NCBI GenBank assembly: GCA_038245295.1
Contig: JBBRSP010000028.1
Span: forward strand, 1 to 64,000
Source: Candidatus Binatia bacterium
GTDB lineage: Bacteria; Desulfobacterota; Binatia; HRBIN30
Reading direction: 5' to 3'
Length of the DNA: 64,000 nt
Of this stretch, positions 1 through 8,384 are shown piece by piece. Every line of letters starts with the position of its first letter. The first letter of the stretch is position 1. The notes under the pieces were generated by a model, which worked only from the letters and a program-made list of their open reading frames with translations, was not told the origin of the DNA and made no database searches. The position numbers and the translations under genes were made by a program.

Positions 1-569
1 CACACTGGATTGCGGACTCGCAGCACCATGAATTAACCGATCTTGTCACCATCTCTCGCCTGGCAACTCCTGCTCTACTCCCACTGAAGGTCACTTTCAT
101 CACCTTGGATGACGCAAACAGCGTCATGACCACTGGATTCTGGGTCCGCGGTTCTCGATGCGCTCTGACTCGCTCGCAACGATTCGCCGGCCCAACGCAT
201 CGAGACAGCGTGTGGTATCACGCGGAGGCACGGAGACGCGGAGTGAGAAGGTGGAACCCAGAGCGGGTGCACCTGTCGCCAACCTCGCTCGTAACGAGCT
301 GTCGCCCCCTATTGCAACCTGAAGCGGAAACCCTATCTTCGCCCAGCAGCGCCCGCCCGCGAGTGTTCATTCCATCAACTGGAATCGACTCAGATTGGTT
401 CAACGCAGGCGAAGGCAGGGGCGCTGGCGGAGGCAGGGGGTGTGCCGCATCGTTACGCCCGCATTTACTCCGTGCACGCCGCCCCGGAGCTCCACGACGA
501 AGGACACCAAGGTCCCCGAAAGCGAAGGTCACAGGCATCGAGACACGGAACCCGGCGTTGATACACAAC

Positions 570-734
570 TTACGGGCGTTCGCGGACGATCTTGCCCGCC
601 CGCATATAGATCACCGGCACGCCATGCATGCGCGCCGACTTGACCGCTTCTTTGCGTGCGTCGCGTAAGGACTTTAGAATTTCCTTTGCGCGCGCGTCGG
701 GTTGGGGCGGCTTGGTTTTGATTGTGTCTTCCAT
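570..734 (-). CDS. small basic hypothetical protein (54 aa), resembling the short partner usually found after zeta-toxin-like ATPases
   Basis: MEDTIKT...ARKEAVKSARMHGVPVIYMRAGKIVRERP; ATG at 734 within ORF 570..917. Confidence 0.5.
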   Translation of the reverse strand: MEDTIKTKPPQPDARAKEILKSLRDARKEAVKSARMHGVPVIYMRAGKIVRERP

Positions 735-808
735 GCTTCCGTGTTGGCGGCGTTCGACAACCGTGTACGTGATCCGCCGGCCCGCGGTTGGGTGATCGAT
801 GACCGCTG

Positions 809-1431
809 TCATCGACAATTGGCTTCTATCTCCATTACGTAGTCGATCCGCTCCTCCATCATGCCGCGCACAGCATCGAAGAAATTGGACAGTGCCTGCA
901 TGGCGTCTGGAATGCATCTAGGTTGATACGATCAGGGGCGTGAGGCAGGCCGCGACCGCCCTGCTTGATTGCGAAGGGATAGCGGAAACCGGTGGCGCCC
1001 GGATCGACGCTTTGAAACTCTTGGATAGCCGCATCCAAATGAGTCAATTCCGGCGCATCGTTAGGTCCGCACCTTACGATGTGTTGCCGTGCGTCGCGCC
1101 AGAGCGTCGCCAGATCGTGGCTCTCTGGAAAGCCAGTCGCTTCGCCTGAAAGGCGCCGCCCCTTGCTGATGATATCCTTGAGCATGAGCTCAATGTGGTG
1201 CCGCCAAAGGAATGCGAGGGGCCAGATTAGAAAGTCCGCGTTCTGCTGGTGCTCGGGCATCGAGTCCATCAGTGCGATGGCGGCGCGCCGATAGCCCTCG
1301 GCGTAGGGGTAGATGTCAGGCTGGCCTTGAACCCATGTGATGTTTGCGTCCCTGTGCCGGCCCTGGCTGGGACCAAAGCAAAACCGCGGCACGTCTGGCC
1401 AGACCACGGATGAGTTGTCATCGTCCATCAT
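809..1431 (-). pseudogene. HEPN-like protein with apparent 1-nt frameshift near 908-910
   Basis: GGAGGAG RBS before ATG 1431; motifs RHHIELMLK, PESHDLATLW, FRYP; a plausible helical C-terminus DAMQALSNFFDAVRGMMEERIDY... continues in another frame to TGA at 809. Confidence 0.6.
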
Positions 1432-1685
1432 TTCGGTTGCTCCTCCGTCAGTCTCTACGTGAACCTTCGTCGCCGGGACGCATCGGTAAGTCCGGCGATT
1501 TTCTGGCGAATCGAGCAACCTACTCCCCGTCGGTGTGCCTCGACGCGGACATCCATTCCGCTGGAGCCATGTCGACTATGCGAGTTTTCCCTTTTCAACG
1601 ACGACCGCTGCAGCGGGGCGATGTTTCTGACTTGACGCGCGGCGCGTTGTCGCGCGCCGCGCCGTTCAAGACGTTCCGGAGTGTA

Positions 1686-2172
1686 TCAGCTCGCCGGCGA
1701 CTGGGCTGGCGGTGTTGTCGCCGGCGTGCTGCGGCCGACGCCCATATATTCCTGCATGAAGGCGACCGGTTGTTCGAGCTCGGGCCGGTCGGGTGTGGCG
1801 GCCTGCACGAGGCGCCAGACGGAGAGCATGCTCTTCCAGGCTTGTGACTCGTGCACCATGCGCGCCTGGTCGGCGGCGGTGGCTTTGAGCTCGAGCATGG
1901 CGGCGTGTTTGGCGAGGGCTTCGCTGCGCTTCACCAGGCTGCGCAATTTTGCCGATGAGATCGGCGAGCGGAAACGCGTGCGCTCCATCGCGTCGGCGAG
2001 CTTGCGGGCGATGTCGCGGTAGCCGGCCGGTGCTTTTGGAAGATGCTTGATGTCGTCGGCACTGATCGCGGCGGTCTTACGCGGCGCTCGCCTTGGTGCC
2101 GGCCCGTTGCGCGCCTTGCCGTTGGTTAACCTTCGCTGATGCCGTATTTGCCTTCTTGGATGCTGCAGCCAT
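1686..2172 (-). pseudogene. helical hypothetical protein, probable frameshift near the 5' end
   Basis: GGAGG-led ATG at 2172 (MAAASKKANTASAKV) is one base out of frame with the body TNGKARNGP...FMQEYMG ending at 1686. Confidence 0.5.
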
Positions 2173-2491
2173 GTCGTTTCCCCTCCTCTAAACATGTCTG
2201 TGCTGATGATTTGCTACGGTGATTTCGCTGATTTCACGACGGCGGCGTCGATGTCAACAATTTTGTCGCGGTTTGGACTCTCACTCTGGGGTTGTCACCG
2301 CAGAGTCGCAGAGACGCATCGTGAATCGTCACACAACTTGATGCGCGAGGCCGGGTGGCTCGTTGTTGCGGGGCGATTCGGTGTCGTGACGCACCAATTT
2401 TTTCAAAAACTACGCCGATTTCGCGAGAATCTCTTGATTTCGAAAGCGGAATGGCAGTGGAATCAAGCACTTGGGCGGACGGTTAAAATCT

Positions 2492-2622
2492 CTGTCTCGA
2501 CTCAGGCCGCGGCTGACTCGAGACAGGAAATTCCTCAGTCGAGACAAGAAGTTCTTGAGTCGAGACAGGCGCGCGTTGAGTCGAGACAGGAACGGGTTGA
2601 GCCGAGACAGCCGCGGTCTCGA
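2492..2622. repeat. 21-bp-period tandem repeat (TCGAGACAG core, 5 copies) with flanking inverted cores
   Basis: cores start at 2518, 2539, 2560, 2581, 2602; inverted CTGTCTCGA at 2492-2500. Confidence 0.8.
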
Positions 2623-2851
2623 TGGGTGCCCCCCCGCGCCCTAACCCCAATGTCGTTAAGTTGGCGCTCGACTCGATTATCCATAAAAGCCAGCAAGTTC
2701 TCATTCTCGATTCTGAGTTCTGGGTCATCCATTCTCGATGCGTTGAACCCGTGAAGCCATCGTTGCACCGGCGGTCCGCAGAGCAGCCCGAACGCATCGA
2801 GAACCGCGAACCCAGAACCCAGGATGAGAACCGATAACTTAACGACATTGG

Positions 2852-2960
2852 CCCTCGCCCCTGCCTCTGCCCCTGCCCCCGCCCGCGTTTTCGTTCAACT
2901 GGAATCAGCTCCGAAGTTTTCAACGCGGGCGGGGGCACAGGCGCGGGCGGGGGGAAGGGC
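2852..2960. repeat. GC-rich hairpin element, related copy at ~345-440
   Basis: C-rich and G-rich arms around TCAACTGGAATC...TTCAACGC, same 24-nt offset in both copies. Confidence 0.55.
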
Positions 2961-3028
2961 ATCGCCACCGCGGCTCGACAGACACCGGCGGCGTGCGCTA
3001 GCGTCGCCGTCTCTGGAGGACACACTCG

Positions 3029-3850
3029 ATGGCAGTTGCCAAGGTCGCGGCGGATGACTCTCCGGCGTGGTTGGTCAATCTCGAACGGTATCCCCTGCTG
3101 GATCCTGGCAGTGCCGCCTGGAGCTCGGTGGTCGACGCGGCGCGCCGGCAGGTCGCCGACAGCGGCGCCGCCGAGCTTCCCGACTTCCTGAGCCCGGCCG
3201 GAATGCGCGCCATGATCGACGACGCACGCGCGCTGGCGCCGACCGCACACCGCGGCGAAGGTTATGGCACGGCGTATCTCGACGTCGCCGACCCAGACCT
3301 CCCCGAAGATCATCCGCGCCGTTACATCGGTCGCGCCGCCGTCGGCGTCGTCGCTTACGACATGTTCCCGAAAGCCTCGCCGATGCTGCAACTCTACGAG
3401 TGGGATGTCTTGATGGAGTTCATCGGTGCCGTCCTACAGAAGGGTAAACTGTACCACTACGGCGATCCGCTCGGCGCCCTCAACCTCGCCGTCATGGGCG
3501 ATGGCGACGAGTTGCAATGGCACTTCGACATGACCGACTTCGTCGTTTCGCTCGCCGTGCAAAGCTCCGAGGGCGGCGGCGATTTCGAGGTTGCGCCGCT
3601 GGTCCGCTCGCCGCATGACGAGTGTTATGATCGGGTCCGCGAAGTTCTCCAGGGCCGCAGCAACGAAGTCGTGTGCCTGCCGATGACACCCGGCACACTG
3701 CTCATCTTCGAAGGCCGCCACTCGATCCATCGCGTCAGCCCCATCCGCGGCGCCACCGACCGCCTCGTTGGCCTGCTCGCCTACGACACCAAACCGGGAA
3801 CCTGCAGTAGCGAGCTGCTGCGCCTGGCACGCTACGGCCGCACGCAGTGA
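3029..3850 (+). CDS. HalD/BesD-like Fe(II)/2-oxoglutarate oxygenase (hydroxylase-type HxD)
   Basis: WHFD...GGDFE...PGTLLIFEGRHSIHRVSP facial-triad motifs. Confidence 0.8.
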   Translation: MAVAKVAADDSPAWLVNLERYPLLDPGSAAWSSVVDAARRQVADSGAAELPDFLSPAGMRAMIDDARALAPTAHRGEGYGTAYLDVADPDLPEDHPRRYIGRAAVGVVAYDMFPKASPMLQLYEWDVLMEFIGAVLQKGKLYHYGDPLGALNLAVMGDGDELQWHFDMTDFVVSLAVQSSEGGGDFEVAPLVRSPHDECYDRVREVLQGRSNEVVCLPMTPGTLLIFEGRHSIHRVSPIRGATDRLVGLLAYDTKPGTCSSELLRLARYGRTQ

Positions 3851-3884
3851 CGACGCAGGTTCCTCAGAGTTTCCCGCCTGGCTC

Positions 3885-5123
3885 ATGAGTGCCTCGCTGC
3901 CGCAACGAACGGAACGGGATGCCCTCGGCGAGGTTATCCTCGACGGCGACTGTCTTTACGGAATCCAGACGGCGCGCTCGCTGGTGAACCTGTCGTTCTC
4001 CGGCCGCACCCTTGGCGATTGCCCGCCCCTGGTTGGCGCCCTGGCCTGCGTCAAACGCGCCGCCGCCGCCGCGAATCTTCGCGCCTCGGTATTGGACGAA
4101 GCGCGTTGCGCCGCGATCACTCAGGCGACGCAGGAGCTCCTAGGCCCCGACATGGGTCAACATCTTCCGGCCGACCTCCTCGCCGGCGGCGGCTCGATCG
4201 CCATCAACATGAGCGTCAATGAGGTATTGGCAAACCTCGCCAACCGGCAATACGGGCATCGGCCTGGCACCTACGATCCGGTTGACCCGATTCGGCACGT
4301 CAACGCGTCGCAGTCGACCGCCGACGTCGGCCACACCGCCGTCCGCCTGGCGATCCTCGGCGCCAGCGACCAGCTGACAGCGAATCTCGAAGGACTGACG
4401 GCGGCGTTTGCCGAACGCGCCGCTACCTTCGCCGGCTTGCCGACCCTGGCGCGCACCTGCCTGCGCGACGGCTTGCCGACAACCGTTGATGTTCTGCTTG
4501 GAGCCTGGGCCGAAGCGACACGGCGACGCACGCGAGGCCTCGTCGATTCGACGCAGACGCTTCTCGAAGTCTCACTCGGTGGCACCGTCATCGGCACCGG
4601 CGAGGCGGCGCCCGTCCTGTATCGCGACTGCGTCGTCGGCTGCCTTGCCGAAACAACCGGCCGTCCGTTGCGCGCCCGCCCCAATCGCAGTGACGCCCTG
4701 CAACACAGCGACGATATCGTCGCTGTCTCGGCGCAATTGGAGATCCTGGCGCAGCTGTTGCTCAAAATCGCCCAGGACCTGCGCCTGCTCGGCTCCGGAC
4801 CCAAAGTCGGCTTCGGTGAAGTGATCCTGCCGCACGTGCAAGCCGGATCGAGTTTCTTCGCCGGCAAAAGCAACCCGGTCGTGCCGGAGACGATGATGCA
4901 GTGTGCCTTCCAGGTGTTCGCCTGCCATCGCGCCGTGCAGGCCGCCGCCGAACACGCCGAGTTGCACTTGAACGTCTTCGACGGTCTTGCCGCCGTCAAC
5001 ATTCTCGACGCGATCGCCATGCTCACCGCGGCGGTCGGCAAATTCGACGAACATTGCATACGCGGCCTGCGCTTCGACGAAGAGCGCTGCCGTGCATTGT
5101 CCTCGGCCGTGAAATCGAACTAG
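3885..5123 (+). CDS. aspartase/fumarase superfamily lyase, divergent active site
   Basis: ERDALG, YGIQTARS, NMSVNE, HVNASQSTAD, RTCLRD, LGGTVIGTG, GSSFFAGKSNP. Confidence 0.85.
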   Translation: MSASLPQRTERDALGEVILDGDCLYGIQTARSLVNLSFSGRTLGDCPPLVGALACVKRAAAAANLRASVLDEARCAAITQATQELLGPDMGQHLPADLLAGGGSIAINMSVNEVLANLANRQYGHRPGTYDPVDPIRHVNASQSTADVGHTAVRLAILGASDQLTANLEGLTAAFAERAATFAGLPTLARTCLRDGLPTTVDVLLGAWAEATRRRTRGLVDSTQTLLEVSLGGTVIGTGEAAPVLYRDCVVGCLAETTGRPLRARPNRSDALQHSDDIVAVSAQLEILAQLLLKIAQDLRLLGSGPKVGFGEVILPHVQAGSSFFAGKSNPVVPETMMQCAFQVFACHRAVQAAAEHAELHLNVFDGLAAVNILDAIAMLTAAVGKFDEHCIRGLRFDEERCRALSSAVKSN

Positions 5124-5135
5124 TCTCGCCTCGCA

Positions 5136-6632
5136 ATGGAAGATCCCAAACTCGATTGGGCCTACGATTGGCTGAAGCGTCCCAAGCAGCTGTTCATCGG
5201 CGGGCATTGGCAAAGCGCCACCGGCGCAACGCACAACGACGTGATCGATCCGGCCAACGGCTCGGTGCTGGCGAGCATCCAGCACGCGTCGAACCAGGAC
5301 CTCGATGCAGCGGTCGGCGCCGCGCGGCGTTGCTTCGATGCGCCGGCCTGGCGCCGCATGCCCGGGCGCGAACGCATGCGCCTGCTGCGACGCATCGCCG
5401 AAGCAGTGCGCCACCATCATGCGGAGCTGGCCACACTCCTGTCGCTCGAGAACGGCAAGCTGTACCGCGAGTCGTACGACGACGACATGCCCGACACGGC
5501 CGACATCTTCGAGTACTATGCCGGCTGGACCGACAAGCTGTATGGCGAGACCTGCCCCGTCGATGGCTCGTTCTTGAACTACACGCTGCGCGAGCCACTC
5601 GGCGCCTGCGCTCTCGTAGTGCCTTGGAATTATCCGCTGCTGCTCGCTGCCTGGAAGATTGCTCCGGCGCTGGCCATGGCCAACACTGTCGTGGTCAAGC
5701 CTTCGCCCTTCACGCCACTCTCCGTCCTGCGATTCTTCGAGATCTTAAACGAAGAGGCCGATCTGCCGCCTGGGCTGATCAACCTAGTGTTGGGCGATAC
5801 CGCGATCGGCGAAGCGGTCACACGTCACCCGGGCATCAACAAGGTCTCGTTCACCGGCAGCACGGCGATCGGCCGCCACATCGTGCGTGGCGCGGCAGAG
5901 TCGAATCTCAAGACCGTCACCCTCGAGCTCGGCGGCAAGTCGGCGAACATTGTCTTCGACGACCTGCCCGACTTCGAGTTTGCGGTGCAGCGTTCGTTCC
6001 AATCATTGTTCTCGCAGAAGGGCGAAAAGTGCTCAGAGCCGACACGGTTCCTGGTGCAACGAACTCTCTACGATGCGTTCGTCGCCGCCCTCGCCAAGCG
6101 AGCCGAAGCCGTCGTCTGCGGCGATCCGTTCGATCCGGCCAGTGAGCAAGGTCCGCAGTGTCACCGCGCCCACTTCGAGAAGGTCCTTCACTACGCCGAG
6201 CTCGGAACCCAGGAAGGGGCACGCCTGCGTGCCGGCGGGGGACGCGATACGAGCGGACCGTGCGCCGATGGCCTGTTCGTGCGTCCGACGATCTACGACG
6301 AGGCGCGTCCGGAAATGCGCATCGTGCGCGACGAGATCTTCGGCCCCGTGCTCGCCGTCCTGCCGTTCGATACGGAAGAAGAAGCCGTGCGCCTGGCCAA
6401 CGACAACGACTACGGCCTCGCCGCCGGCGTGTGGACACGCGATATCAACCGCGCCCATCGCATGGCGCAACAACTCGACGCCGGCATGATCTTCATCAAC
6501 CGCTACGGCTGTTACGATTTCTCCAGCCCCTTCGGCGGCCTCAAACAAAGCGGCTGGGGCAAGGAGATGGGCCAGCATTCGGTGTTGGAGTATACGCGGC
6601 TGAAGTCCGTTTGGGTGGCGATCGCTGAGTAA
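5136..6632 (+). CDS. aldehyde dehydrogenase
   Basis: PWNYP, FTGST, LELGGKS, catalytic Cys in GEKCSEP, EIFGPV, PFGGLKQSG. Confidence 0.93.
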   Translation: MEDPKLDWAYDWLKRPKQLFIGGHWQSATGATHNDVIDPANGSVLASIQHASNQDLDAAVGAARRCFDAPAWRRMPGRERMRLLRRIAEAVRHHHAELATLLSLENGKLYRESYDDDMPDTADIFEYYAGWTDKLYGETCPVDGSFLNYTLREPLGACALVVPWNYPLLLAAWKIAPALAMANTVVVKPSPFTPLSVLRFFEILNEEADLPPGLINLVLGDTAIGEAVTRHPGINKVSFTGSTAIGRHIVRGAAESNLKTVTLELGGKSANIVFDDLPDFEFAVQRSFQSLFSQKGEKCSEPTRFLVQRTLYDAFVAALAKRAEAVVCGDPFDPASEQGPQCHRAHFEKVLHYAELGTQEGARLRAGGGRDTSGPCADGLFVRPTIYDEARPEMRIVRDEIFGPVLAVLPFDTEEEAVRLANDNDYGLAAGVWTRDINRAHRMAQQLDAGMIFINRYGCYDFSSPFGGLKQSGWGKEMGQHSVLEYTRLKSVWVAIAE

Positions 6633-6661
6633 TGGGCTGGCAAGGTCGCCTCGACACTCGT

Positions 6662-6785
6662 CGCAGGCTAAAGTCTGCGGCTACCGCGTTGAGACCGCGG
6701 TTCGCACGGTGGGCGCAGGCTAAAGCCTGCGGCTACCGTCTTCAGATCGCGGTTCGCAACGGTAGGCGCAGGCTTTAGCCTGCGG
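6662..6785. repeat. GTAG-type REP cluster (3 palindromes)
   Basis: CGCAGGC-TAAA-GCCTGCG hairpins with CTACC/GGTAG tails at 6662-6685, 6708-6737, 6761-6785. Confidence 0.85.
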
Positions 6786-6813
6786 AGGCGGCGTACACAG
6801 CCAGGAGGAATAC

Positions 6814-8253
6814 ATGAACATCCCGAAGACCGGAAAACCGAAAGAAGAAATCCTGAAGACGCTCGAGCACTTCAAGGACCACGACGTCGACTGGCGTAGC
6901 GGCCGCACCTGGGCCTACATCTACGATCCTGGTCCGGAGGCAGAGGCTGTCATCAAGCAGGCCTACACGATGTACATGAGCGAGAACGGCCTCGACCCGA
7001 CCGCCTTCCCCAGCACGCTGCAGATGGAAACCGACGTCGTGTCGATGGCGGCGGCGCATTTACAGGGCGACTCGAACGTCGTCGGCAACTTCACTTCGGG
7101 TGGCACCGAGAGTCTGATCCTGGCGGTGAAGACAGCGCGTGATTGGGCCCGCGCCAACCAGCCGGAGATCAAGGAGCCGGAGATCATTCTGCCGGTCACG
7201 GCGCACGCGGCGTTCCAGAAGGCGGCGCACTACCTGTGCGTCAAGCCGGTAATGGTGCCGGTGAACACGACGACCTTTCGCGCCGATCCGGAAGAGATTC
7301 GCAAGGCGATTACGCCGAACACGGTGCTGCTCGTCGGCTCGGCCATCTCGTACGCCCACGGTGTCGTCGACCCGATCCGCGAGATCGGCCAGATCGCGCT
7401 GGAGCACAAGCTGCTCTTCCACGTCGACGGTTGTATGGGCGGCTTCCTGCTGCCGTATCTGCGGCGCCTTGGTGCGCCCATCCCCGATTTCGAATTCAAC
7501 GTCCCTGGCGTCAGCTCGATCTCGATGGATTTGCACAAGTACGCCTTTGCCGCCAAGGGCGCCTCGGTGATCCTGTATCGCGACAAGGAGATCCGGAAAT
7601 ATCAGATCTACACGTGCGCCACGTGGACCGGCTACACGATCATCAACCCGACGGTGCAGAGCACCAAGTCGGCGGGGCCGCTGGCCGGCGCCTGGGCCAT
7701 CCTCAACTACATGGGTGATGAAGGGTACATGAAGATCGCCAAGCAGGTGCTCGACGCGACACATCGCATCTGCGCCGGCATCGAAGCGATCGCCGACCTG
7801 CGCCTACTCGGCAAGCCGGACATGAACCTGATCGCCTTTACGTCCGACACGATCAACGTCTTCCACGTCATCGACGAAATGAAGGTACGCGGCTGGTATG
7901 TCCAACCGCAGCTCGGTTTCTACGGCTCGAAGGAAAACATCCACCTGTCGATCAACCCCAACAGCGCGCAGTGGGTCGACGCCATGCTTGCCGATCTACG
8001 CGAGTGCGTCGAAATGGCCAAACGCATCCCGGTCGACGAAGGCGCCGAGCAGATGAAACAAATGCTCGCAAGCCTCGACCCGGCGACACTTACCGACGAA
8101 GCGCTCAACGACATGCTCGCGATGGCCGGCATTCATGGCGACGCCCTCCCCGACCGCATGGCCGCCATCAGCGGCATGCTGAACTCGATACCGCCGAAGC
8201 TGGCTGAGCGCGTGCTGACGTCGTACTTCAACGAGCTCTACCGTCAGCGGTGA
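6814..8253 (+). CDS. sphingosine-1-phosphate-lyase-like PLP-dependent enzyme (group II decarboxylase fold)
   Basis: TSGGTES, AHAAFQKA, HVDGCMGG, DLHKYAFAAKGAS; AGGAGG RBS. Confidence 0.88.
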   Translation: MNIPKTGKPKEEILKTLEHFKDHDVDWRSGRTWAYIYDPGPEAEAVIKQAYTMYMSENGLDPTAFPSTLQMETDVVSMAAAHLQGDSNVVGNFTSGGTESLILAVKTARDWARANQPEIKEPEIILPVTAHAAFQKAAHYLCVKPVMVPVNTTTFRADPEEIRKAITPNTVLLVGSAISYAHGVVDPIREIGQIALEHKLLFHVDGCMGGFLLPYLRRLGAPIPDFEFNVPGVSSISMDLHKYAFAAKGASVILYRDKEIRKYQIYTCATWTGYTIINPTVQSTKSAGPLAGAWAILNYMGDEGYMKIAKQVLDATHRICAGIEAIADLRLLGKPDMNLIAFTSDTINVFHVIDEMKVRGWYVQPQLGFYGSKENIHLSINPNSAQWVDAMLADLRECVEMAKRIPVDEGAEQMKQMLASLDPATLTDEALNDMLAMAGIHGDALPDRMAAISGMLNSIPPKLAERVLTSYFNELYRQR

Positions 8254-8260
8254 CAGCTGA

Positions 8261-8342
8261 CCGCAGGCTGAAGCCTGCGCCTACCAGCTTCCGCGCAGCA
8301 TGCCACGGCTTTGCTCACCTGACCGCAGGCTTCAGCCTGCGG
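8261..8342. repeat. GTAG-type REP pair between convergent genes
   Basis: CCGCAGGCTGAAGCCTGCGCCTACC 8261-8285; CCGCAGGCTTCAGCCTGCGG 8323-8342. Confidence 0.8.
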
Positions 8343-8384
8343 AGCCCTACCCCCCGACGTACAACGCCCTACCCGCTCTGGTTC

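Noticed and set aside
1..560. Short ORFs and purine-rich GCGGAG/CACGAAGG-like motifs
   Set aside because: No convincing protein; the motifs are too degenerate to delimit
2518..2622. CRISPR array
   Set aside because: The unit is only 21 bp with a 9-bp core and related interiors; there are no spacer-sized unique sequences and no cas genes
2194..2754. 186-aa ORF with SRQ heptads
   Set aside because: Probably a by-product of the DNA repeat; no RBS and no recognisable domain
300..3000. Integron cassette array
   Set aside because: No RYYYAAC/GTTRRRY attC boxes at gene ends and no integrase
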